A stretch of 44,143 bases of DNA, from the IMG/VR virus record IMGVR_UViG_3300031629_000006, positions 1-44,143 of that record. One strand, 5' to 3'. The stretch is from a virus. Taxonomy: Duplodnaviria; Caudoviricetes. Of the stretch, positions 1 through 6,747 are shown one piece after another (positions within the stretch are counted from its first letter, which is position 1; every line of letters begins with the position of its first letter). Both the position numbers and the translations under genes were made by a program. The notes below the pieces were generated by a model that was not told the DNA's origin, made no database searches, and saw nothing but the letters and a program-made list of their open reading frames with translations.

Positions 1-414
1 CAGACGATCCACGCCAGAGTTCCGATCATAGGGTGGAAAACCCTTTCAAATTATATTCATGGAGAAGTTATGTCGGAAAACGATACCGCAGAAGACTGGA
101 TTTACTGCCCAGTTCAATGCAGTAGCAGTACATTCGCCTTAAGAGTTAGGGGCGATAGTATGGAAAGTCCATACCCTAGTAAGAGGTCTTACTCGGAAGG
201 TATGATTGTCTTTGTAGACCCAACTGCAGTCGCAACAAATGGTTCGCGCATCATTGCCAGGAGGTTGAGCTCAACGGATGCGACCTTTAAGGAATACATT
301 GAGGATGATGGCCAGAAGTATTTAAAGCCAATCAATCCGCAATACCCTACTGTAGCAATGAATAACGATACTATTATTATAGGAGTGGTTATCGGCTCAT
401 ATACAGCCGAGTAA
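1..414 (+). CDS. cI: CI/LexA-family phage repressor, S24 autopeptidase domain (5' truncated by window edge)
   Basis: Frame is open from base 1 (QTIHARVPIIGW...). FALRVRGDSM carries the catalytic Ser and ATFKEY the catalytic Lys, followed by YLKPINPQYP and IIGVV. Confidence 0.9.
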   Translation, partial: QTIHARVPIIGWKTLSNYIHGEVMSENDTAEDWIYCPVQCSSSTFALRVRGDSMESPYPSKRSYSEGMIVFVDPTAVATNGSRIIARRLSSTDATFKEYIEDDGQKYLKPINPQYPTVAMNNDTIIIGVVIGSYTAE

Positions 415-421
415 TATTATT

Positions 422-637
422 ATGCAAACCATATACAATAACGCAGCAAAGATCCAAATACGCTTAATGGCGTGGATGCGTGAGCCTGAATGGAAATGGC
501 ATATCGTACATACGGATCATATGGCGGACGATATGCCAACCCATTTGGCGTTGCCGCAGCACCCATCGTGCGTAATGAACTTCTGTACAGGAAAGGCTGC
601 CGCTACCCGCGTGTCTCAAGGCCCCCCAAAGGTTTAA
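422..637 (+). CDS. Hypothetical protein downstream of repressor
   Basis: 71-aa ORF between the cI stop and a terminator. No recognisable motif and a weak RBS. Confidence 0.35.
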   Translation: MQTIYNNAAKIQIRLMAWMREPEWKWHIVHTDHMADDMPTHLALPQHPSCVMNFCTGKAAATRVSQGPPKV

Positions 638-663
638 ACTTAACTTATTAAATTTATCAACTG

Positions 664-687
664 ATCTCCTAAATGGAGATTTTTTTT
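664..687 (+). terminator. Intrinsic terminator of the cI transcript
   Basis: ATCTCC-TAAAT-GGAGAT followed by T7. Confidence 0.75.
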
Positions 688-730
688 GCTTTAAATTTGA
701 CCTCGCCATAACACTTAAAATCATTTCTCC

Positions 731-766
731 AAAGTTATTGACACTTTTATTAAGTTAGCTTATTAT
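731..766 (+). promoter_or_regulatory. pL-like sigma70 promoter with overlapping operator-like inverted repeats
   Basis: TTGACA (738-743), 17-bp spacer, TATTAT (761-766). Overlapped by AAAGT-N7-ACTTT (731-747) and TAAG-N4-CTTA (751-762). AAGTTA half-sites at 732 and 752, and inverted at 641. Confidence 0.8.
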
Positions 767-799
767 TAGTCATACCAATCAGTAAGACGGAGCAGCATA

Positions 800-1177
800 A
801 TGAACCTATCTAACGCATCAAACTTTGACCTGGAAGCTGGCGCTGAAGTTTGGCGTGATGGTCAATTTGACGATTACATAAACGATGGCGGTTACGCAGA
901 ACAAGAAGCGCCTACACTTGCTGAGTTCATATCTAAGTTCACAGAGAATGGCTCATTCACAACGCCAAAAGGCACTGTAGATACGTCTGATTTAATGGAG
1001 GATATAGATTTCACCTTCCGTCAAAACGCCCATGACGCGATACAGATGGAAGCCCTAAAGGGTGATCCTGAAACAACGATGGCTACGGCTGCTCAGAACT
1101 GGTTCAAGCTTGTTAATTTAATGAATGCAGCGGCGGCAGACTACTACAAGACAGACATTGTGGGTGATTACAAATGA
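800..1177 (+). CDS. Hypothetical acidic early protein
   Basis: First ORF after the promoter, with a GGAG RBS. Confidence 0.75.
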   Translation: MNLSNASNFDLEAGAEVWRDGQFDDYINDGGYAEQEAPTLAEFISKFTENGSFTTPKGTVDTSDLMEDIDFTFRQNAHDAIQMEALKGDPETTMATAAQNWFKLVNLMNAAAADYYKTDIVGDYK

Positions 1178-1281
1178 ACTCAATAGCTTATGACATAGCA
1201 GTAGGCACTGCTGGAGTAATTTTAACTACAGTCATCTGGGTGAACTGCCTAAGTTGGCTGCACATTTGGGGATTAATATGA
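1174..1281 (+). CDS. 35-aa single-TM micropeptide (not in ORF track)
   Basis: MNSIAYDIAVGTAGVILTTVIWVNCLSWLHIWGLI. ATGA overlaps with the neighbouring genes at both ends. Confidence 0.65.
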   Translation: MNSIAYDIAVGTAGVILTTVIWVNCLSWLHIWGLI

Positions 1282-1823
1282 ATAACGTAGCAGCAATAAA
1301 GACAGAGCTAGTGTACCAGCCTAGTGCAACAACACACTGGAAAAACCTTTTCCCAAACAAGACGATGCTTCTAGGCTCTCACAATTTAAACGAAGGTGAG
1401 GAGTTGGTCGCAAAGATTCGCCATGTTGAGATTCAGCAGATTAAAAGCTCAAGTGGCAAGAATGATAACGTGCCTGTCGTAGCGTTTGAGAATGCGCCTC
1501 CAATGGTGCTAAACATCACCAACGCTAGAACAATATCAGGTCTGTACGGCGAGTCTTACGATGGCTGGAGAGGTCAGAGTATTCAATTATATGTAACCCT
1601 TGTTAGAGGTTTTGGAACAAAGGAAATGATTCCTGGCCTTCGTATAAGGAATACGATTCCCGCCACAGTAGAGGATTCACAGGCTTATGTCACTAGCCTA
1701 GAAAGTTGCTCAACGCTGCAGGAATTGCAAAAAGCATTCACATCTATACCTAAGCATTTGAAGCCAAATTTAACAGGCTTAAAGGATTCTTTGAAGCAAA
1801 AACTAGGAGCAACAAATGTATAA
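1278..1823 (+). CDS. Conserved phage protein coupled to YqaJ exonuclease (candidate ssDNA-binding/annealing protein)
   Basis: THWK...LGSHNL...PMVLNITN...W.G..IQLY...LRIR pattern. Overlaps the exonuclease start. Likely start is ATG 1278. Confidence 0.7.
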   Translation: MNNVAAIKTELVYQPSATTHWKNLFPNKTMLLGSHNLNEGEELVAKIRHVEIQQIKSSSGKNDNVPVVAFENAPPMVLNITNARTISGLYGESYDGWRGQSIQLYVTLVRGFGTKEMIPGLRIRNTIPATVEDSQAYVTSLESCSTLQELQKAFTSIPKHLKPNLTGLKDSLKQKLGATNV

Positions 1824-2433
1824 GGTTGATATTGAACAGAAGTCTATTGAGTGGCTTAAAGCTCGCCACGGCAATGTTACTGGCACAAGCCTGGCAAGCG
1901 CGCTAGGTACGCCAGCAGTACAGCGCACACTTCTCTATTCACTCGTAGCTGACCGTATGACAGAGGTGCAACCGTCAGACCTTAGCAGTCCAGCTATTGA
2001 GCGAGGTAATGAGCTAGAGCCTTTTGCAATCAAAGCTGCAGAGGCAGAGAGCGGCATTGACTTTATCGAAACGGGATTATTACTAGATGATAAATACCCA
2101 CGTTTTTCAATATCGCCAGATGGCATATTTGAAGAGGATGGCGTAGTTGTTGGAGGTATAGAAACTAAATGCCCGAACAGCAAAAAGCACGTTGAGTACA
2201 TTATGAAGGATGCGATTCCCAAGGAATATCTGCATCAAGTTAAAGCGCCATTTGTTATGTCGGACGATGTTAAGTTTTGGTTATTCGTCAGCTTTGATGA
2301 CCGTAACTATGAGCGCCCATTATTTATCAAAACAGTAACGCGAGAAGATTTCACAGATATAGATGAGTGCAGAGCAAAACTGCTTGAATTTTTAGATGTG
2401 ACTAATGACGCTCATATGGAATTAACTTTTTAG
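1816..2433 (+). CDS. YqaJ/lambda-exonuclease family 5'-3' exonuclease
   Basis: EQKSIEWLKARHG.VTGT, RGNELEP, SISPDG and IETKCP (PD-(D/E)xK motif), plus YLHQV. Confidence 0.92.
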   Translation: MYKVDIEQKSIEWLKARHGNVTGTSLASALGTPAVQRTLLYSLVADRMTEVQPSDLSSPAIERGNELEPFAIKAAEAESGIDFIETGLLLDDKYPRFSISPDGIFEEDGVVVGGIETKCPNSKKHVEYIMKDAIPKEYLHQVKAPFVMSDDVKFWLFVSFDDRNYERPLFIKTVTREDFTDIDECRAKLLEFLDVTNDAHMELTF

Positions 2434-2458
2434 AATTAATTAGACAGGAGTAGGAAGG

Positions 2459-2995
2459 ATGGCTAAGGGCGTAAATAAAGTAATTTTAGTAGGTAATGTA
2501 GGCGGTGATCCAGAAACTAAGCAGCTTCCAAGTGGGGGTTCCGTAACGAATTTAACTATAGCAACCAGTGAAGCCTGGAAGGATAAGAACACAGGCGAGA
2601 AGCAAGAGCGCACTGAATGGCATCGTGTAGTCTTTTTTAACCGCCTCGCTGAAATTGTAGCTCAATACACCAGTAAAGGGTCGAAGCTATACATCGAAGG
2701 CTCTTTGCGTACTCGCCAGTGGGAACAGGATGGGGTGAAGCGTTATACCACAGAGATTGTTGCCAGCGAAATGCAGATGTTGGATAGCAAGCAAGGTGGA
2801 GGCCAGCAGCAAGGTCAATACCAGCCACAACAGCAACAGCGTCAGCAACAAGCGCCACAGCAGCAACAACAGCGCCAGTCGCAAGCAAGCCCACACTCTA
2901 ACGGGAATATGCAGGAACAGCAGCAGCAACGTCAAGCACAGCAGCAAGCCCCATCTTTTGATGATGGCTTTGATGACGATATACCTTTTAATTAG
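2459..2995 (+). CDS. ssb: Single-stranded DNA-binding protein
   Basis: [25 protein letters not shown], a Gln-rich linker and the acidic DDDIPF tail. Confidence 0.98.
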   Translation: MAKGVNKVILVGNVGGDPETKQLPSGGSVTNLTIATSEAWKDKNTGEKQERTEWHRVVFFNRLAEIVAQYTSKGSKLYIEGSLRTRQWEQDGVKRYTTEIVASEMQMLDSKQGGGQQQGQYQPQQQQRQQQAPQQQQQRQSQASPHSNGNMQEQQQQRQAQQQAPSFDDGFDDDIPFN

Positions 2996-3003
2996 GAGGC
3001 CGT

Positions 3004-3642
3004 ATGACAACCTCGATAAAAACATACTTTAACCAGGAAGCCGCTAATGACTCCAAGATCACTATTTCATATAGCGAAATGGAAGCTAGGATATTAAAGC
3101 GAGAAGGTAAGGAGTCTATGCCTATTATGCCAGCAGGCACATATAAGAATGGCGGCACCTTAAATCAGTGCCAGTTCCATAGAGGCTTGAAAGATGAAAT
3201 CGATAACGGATTAATAAAACATGAAGATGTACCTGTAGTTATGAGAGGGGCATGGTTCATATTTATTTTAAATATTCAGAATATTAATGATCGTGAATTT
3301 CACGTTATGCGGCGCTTCATGTCTCGGTATAGGATCAACATACTCTGCCGTAACGATGCTGATGCCTTTATGGATTTATGGAGAAATCTTGTTAATAGCA
3401 ACATAGGTAAGCGAGGCGTTTACATCGGTTCATCTAACCCAGTTGTCGAGCATGATCTATATCGCTCCAATGGTATTGGAAGTAATTCCCGTTCAATTCA
3501 TCTGGGAGGTGAGTATCACTGGGTTAATACTGACCAGATAAGGTCGATCAAATCTATCGGCAGGCATATTAAAAAATTAGAAAAACTATTTGGAAAAACA
3601 GGTGATAGAAAATGGCAAAGATTAATACAGCAGGCGATTTGA
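3004..3642 (+). CDS. Hypothetical basic protein
   Basis: 212-aa ORF with an AGGAGG RBS. Overlaps the next gene. Confidence 0.75.
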   Translation: MTTSIKTYFNQEAANDSKITISYSEMEARILKREGKESMPIMPAGTYKNGGTLNQCQFHRGLKDEIDNGLIKHEDVPVVMRGAWFIFILNIQNINDREFHVMRRFMSRYRINILCRNDADAFMDLWRNLVNSNIGKRGVYIGSSNPVVEHDLYRSNGIGSNSRSIHLGGEYHWVNTDQIRSIKSIGRHIKKLEKLFGKTGDRKWQRLIQQAI

Positions 3643-3836
3643 GAGAGTTTCTTTGTTCATCATTAAATATGGTGGCAAATGGGACTATGGATATAGCCAA
3701 GGCTAGAGAGGTTACAAAGCTGGCTGGGCAGGTCAACGAATCATTTTACAGTGAAGTGAAGGTTGCTCGACTACAGATTGATATGGGTAAGGAGGTATCC
3801 AAGTTAGGTAGTTTAGTTATTAATAAAGAGGATTAA
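3612..3836 (+). CDS. Small helical hypothetical phage protein
   Basis: 74 aa with an AGGTGA RBS and an amphipathic helical pattern. Confidence 0.75.
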   Translation: MAKINTAGDLREFLCSSLNMVANGTMDIAKAREVTKLAGQVNESFYSEVKVARLQIDMGKEVSKLGSLVINKED

Positions 3837-3839
3837 TAC

Positions 3840-3930
3840 GCCCGCCAAGCCTATCGTAGAAGCTCAAATTGTGTGGGCATTAAATGACACTACGGAAAGA
3901 CGTAGCCCTTAGCCCCTTAATTGGGGTTTT
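3840..3930 (+). ncRNA. Candidate structured cis-RNA: two stem-loops plus a terminator-like hairpin
   Basis: GCCCGC...GTGGGC (3840-3878); CTACG-GAAAGA-CGTAG (3890-3905); AGCCCC-TTAATT-GGGGTT-TT (3911-3930). Confidence 0.45.
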
Positions 3931-3957
3931 CGGGTAGATAACCACAGGGAGTAACTA

Positions 3958-4209
3958 ATGAATCAACTAACGTATGCGTCAGACCAGCAACTTGTCGATG
4001 AAATATCACGCCGTGAAAGGCTTTTAAATTGGTTGCAAAAGTCTGTTAAAACGCCAAGGAATTTAACCCGATCTTTTATTAGCCCTAGTACGCAAGTGGA
4101 AACGTGGGATTGCAGAACTGAACTGCAAATTATGGCTGACGTTGAGAGAGCAGCGGAAAGCTTGTTAACACTTAGTTATAACGGCAATAAAATTGAGCCA
4201 ATAGTATGA
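3958..4209 (+). CDS. Hypothetical protein
   Basis: 83 aa with a GGGAG RBS. Confidence 0.7.
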   Translation: MNQLTYASDQQLVDEISRRERLLNWLQKSVKTPRNLTRSFISPSTQVETWDCRTELQIMADVERAAESLLTLSYNGNKIEPIV

Positions 4210-4370
4210 CATTAAAAGAGAAGCTAGCGCGGTCTAGAGTTGTTAATGATTTATCACTAGAACTCTCTATCTATAACGAAGCAATAGCTGGCAATAGCAA
4301 GTTCAAGACTTTCTACCAAGGCAAGGCTGATGAGATAAAGGCCAAAATAAAGGCGTTGATAGGTGAGTAG
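4206..4370 (+). CDS. 54-aa hypothetical protein (not in ORF track)
   Basis: MTLKEKLARSRVVNDLSLELSIYNEAIAGNSKFKTFYQGKADEIKAKIKALIGE. ATGA overlap with the upstream gene. Confidence 0.6.
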   Translation: MTLKEKLARSRVVNDLSLELSIYNEAIAGNSKFKTFYQGKADEIKAKIKALIGE

Positions 4371-4486
4371 TTAGCGCGTCTTAAAGTGTCGAAGTTGTAC
4401 AGTTATATGTACATGAAAGTGCAACCATATTTAGTTACAGGAGTAATGGTGCCGTAATCAATTACGATACCAAAGGGAGAGTAGGG

Positions 4487-4762
4487 ATGAGTCTAGTATT
4501 TACACCAAAAATTGCTTATGGGTTTCGAAAGATTAAATTAACTACAGATGATTTAGGTTCAACCAGCCCCGCTCAAGTTTTAGAGCTAATTAAACTACGA
4601 ATTGAATCAGTACCATTCCATGAAATTGCCAAGAAGCTAGGCAAGTCCAGGTCGCACTGGTGCTATGAGGCCAAGCGTTTGGGTATTGCGGATATTGTAT
4701 CTAGCAAGAAAAATGAAACAGCTAGCAGGTTTAGCAACGTAAACAAGGATTGCAGAATATGA
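4487..4762 (+). CDS. Small HTH-like DNA-binding protein
   Basis: PFHEIAKKLGKSRSHWCYEAKRLG HTH pattern, with a GGGAGAG RBS. Confidence 0.65.
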   Translation: MSLVFTPKIAYGFRKIKLTTDDLGSTSPAQVLELIKLRIESVPFHEIAKKLGKSRSHWCYEAKRLGIADIVSSKKNETASRFSNVNKDCRI

Positions 4763-4980
4763 GCAGATTAATGACGATTGATGAGTATATGGATCGAACC
4801 TTTTCTAAACAGTCACAACCTCATGTGAACACTGTTAGGCGCTGGATTAGAGAGGGCAAGCTAAGTGCGATTAAAATGGGCAGATCTTATTACATTGAAG
4901 ATAATGGTGGAGAAGAGTACGCTAATGATTCCTCTCAAAATAAAATGGACGCTATTATGGCGAAAATTCTAAATGCCTAA
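4759..4980 (+). CDS. xis: Excisionase (Xis, winged/MerR-like HTH)
   Basis: LMTIDEY...PHVNTVRRWIREGKL.AIKMGRSYYI. Overlaps the int start. ATG 4759 forms an ATGA overlap. Confidence 0.85.
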   Translation: MSRLMTIDEYMDRTFSKQSQPHVNTVRRWIREGKLSAIKMGRSYYIEDNGGEEYANDSSQNKMDAIMAKILNA

Positions 4981-6112
4981 CCCCCAAGGATTGCCACCAA
5001 ACCTGTACACCAATAGGTCAAAAGGTAAGGTGTATTACTCTTACAAGCATCCAGTTAATAAAACTCGGCATGGGCTTGGCACTAATAAGCTAGAGGCAGT
5101 GAAAGCCGCCAGACTTATGAATGACAAGTTTGAGCAGCGTTTTGAAATTGAGAAGATGTTAGTTGGTGGCATGATTAAAATGAGCGCACTATGCGATGAG
5201 TACCGTGCGTCTATTAAGCAGCAGTTATCTGCAGGCAACTTAGCTCAATCAACAGTGGATAATCGCGGCTACACTTTGGATCGCGTCAAGCTAGAGCTAG
5301 GTAAGGCCTACGCTAGAGATATTCAAACGATAGACATTACGCGATACCTTAATAAGATGTACGACCCCAAGACAGGCGAAGGTACGGCTAGAGCGCGTGA
5401 CGTTCATAGGGGCCACCTAATGCTTATTTTTGATTACGCTATTCAAGAGGGTTACGTTGATAAATTTAATCCAGCGGAGCCGTGTTTAAAGGTTAGTAAG
5501 AAGCGTGTTACTAGAAGGCATACTGTCGAAGGATGGAACGCCATCTATAACGCAGCAGAGCCTTGGCTGAAAAATGCAATGGATTTGGCAATCTTAATTC
5601 TGCAGCGCAGATCAGACTTAGTTGATATTAAATTTTCAGATATAAAAGACGGCCACATAAAAGTTATTCAAAAGAAAAGTATTAAGCATGATAGTGCTTA
5701 TATTAAAATTGAAGTGACTAGAGAGTTGGCGCAAGTTATTCAGCAATGCAAAGCGGATAATGTGTTTTCTCCGTACCTAATTCATAGAGTGCCAGCAAAA
5801 CGAACTAAAGCTGCAATGGATACAGGAAATCATCGAACTTATATCACCCCCGCATATTTAAGTAGGGCATTTAAGAAGGTTAGAGATTTGGTTAACCCAT
5901 ATCCTGATTACACAGAAGAAGAACAGCCAGGCATTCATCAAGGTAAGGCGCTTGGTAGTAAATTATACAAACGAAGGTTTGGTGAATCAGCAACAATAAT
6001 GGCTGGACATACAAGTAAAGAAATGACGAACTATTATGAAGAAGATCCAGATGATATTGAATGGAAGTTAGCAGTGCCAAAATTAGACTTAAAAGCCGAT
6101 TTAAAGCGGTAG
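4973..6112 (+). CDS. int: Lambda-type tyrosine integrase
   Basis: N-terminal arm-binding LPPNLY...YYSYKHP...GLG. Catalytic QRRSD, a Lys, HQGK, and AGH...MTNYY. Confidence 0.95.
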   Translation: MPNPQGLPPNLYTNRSKGKVYYSYKHPVNKTRHGLGTNKLEAVKAARLMNDKFEQRFEIEKMLVGGMIKMSALCDEYRASIKQQLSAGNLAQSTVDNRGYTLDRVKLELGKAYARDIQTIDITRYLNKMYDPKTGEGTARARDVHRGHLMLIFDYAIQEGYVDKFNPAEPCLKVSKKRVTRRHTVEGWNAIYNAAEPWLKNAMDLAILILQRRSDLVDIKFSDIKDGHIKVIQKKSIKHDSAYIKIEVTRELAQVIQQCKADNVFSPYLIHRVPAKRTKAAMDTGNHRTYITPAYLSRAFKKVRDLVNPYPDYTEEEQPGIHQGKALGSKLYKRRFGESATIMAGHTSKEMTNYYEEDPDDIEWKLAVPKLDLKADLKR

Positions 6113-6114
6113 GC

Positions 6115-6145
6115 TTGACCAACTTTTGACCAACTTTTGACCAAC
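6115..6145 (+). repeat. Integrase arm-type sites, three tandem 11-bp repeats
   Basis: TTGACCAAC three times with an 11-bp period. Same-orientation copies across the core at 6297-6307 (degenerate) and 6355-6365. Confidence 0.85.
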
Positions 6146-6201
6146 CGTCTTTTTTTGATATTTGGAAATGCTCTGAAACCCTTGTGGTGTAAGGGTTTGA
6201 A

Positions 6202-6256
6202 TGGTCGGGACGACAGGATTTGAACCTGTGACCCCCTGCCCCCCAGGAAGGTGTGC
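6202..6256 (-). other. attP core: 3' half of tRNA-Pro(GGG)
   Basis: Minus strand reads GCACA CCTTC CTGGGGG GCAGG GGGTC ACAGG TTCAAAT CCTGT CGTCCCG ACCA, i.e. anticodon loop, T-arm, acceptor 3' strand and CCA. No 5' half is present. Confidence 0.9.
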
Positions 6257-6334
6257 AATCAACCGCAAACCCGCGTAGTTACTGGAACAGTGTACTTTTT
6301 GACTACCAAAATACTAACCATTACAGCTCAATGA

Positions 6335-6347
6335 AATCAACAACTTA
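6335..6347 (+). promoter_or_regulatory. IHF-binding site within attP
   Basis: AATCAACAACTTA matches WATCAANNNNTTR exactly and lies between the core and the arm repeat. Confidence 0.7.
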
Positions 6348-6424
6348 GCACTCATTTTGACCAACAGTAATCAACACTAAACAATGCGCTAAGGTCGAAT
6401 TGTACACACTTTGAAAGCCAGAAC

Positions 6425-6446
6425 AAAGACCTCGAAAGAGGGCTTT
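6425..6446. terminator. GAAA-tetraloop hairpin, probable terminator
   Basis: AAAG-A-CCTC-GAAA-GAGG-G-CTTT. Confidence 0.4.
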
Positions 6447-6487
6447 ATATTACCCACAAATCTAATTACAAGCAAAGGCATCAAATA

Positions 6488-6697
6488 ATGAAAGTTCTCA
6501 TAATTCTAGCAATTGTACTTATTGGAGGAACAGCCGCGTTCAATTTCCCAACCCTGTTATTTATATTAGTCCCAGCAATTGTATGGATTGTTATCAAGGA
6601 TAAAAAAGGTCAAGCTATTGATGGCTTCATGGGAATGGGATTTGCGATAATGATTATCGGTGGCGTAGTTGCCGTAATAAGAGGCTGGATGGAATAG
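6488..6697 (+). CDS. Small multi-TM membrane protein (moron-like, next to attP)
   Basis: 69 aa, almost wholly hydrophobic with a KDKKG loop. Isolated gene with its own terminator. Confidence 0.75.
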   Translation: MKVLIILAIVLIGGTAAFNFPTLLFILVPAIVWIVIKDKKGQAIDGFMGMGFAIMIIGGVVAVIRGWME

Positions 6698-6736
6698 CAA
6701 CGATAAAACTAACCATAATTTTATCGTTGCTTTTTA
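6696..6736. terminator. Terminator between convergent transcription units
   Basis: 13-bp perfect stem AGCAACGATAAAA / TTTTATCGTTGCT followed by T5. Confidence 0.8.
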
Positions 6737-6747
6737 TGACACCGCTA

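Noticed and set aside
464-724. Minus-strand 86-aa ORF as Cro or antirepressor
   Set aside because: It has no HTH pattern, runs through the terminator and converges on cI. Cro is expected upstream of cI, outside the window.
2805-2947. CAG/CAA microsatellite as a contingency locus
   Set aside because: It is an imperfect repeat encoding the ordinary Gln-rich SSB linker.
6115-6145. CRISPR-like or iteron repeats
   Set aside because: These are 11-bp tandem units without spacers, adjacent to int and echoed across the core, so they are arm-type sites.
6202-6256. Functional phage tRNA-Pro gene
   Set aside because: Only the 3' half is present, with no acceptor 5' strand or D-arm and a mismatched anticodon stem. 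The context identifies it as the attP core.
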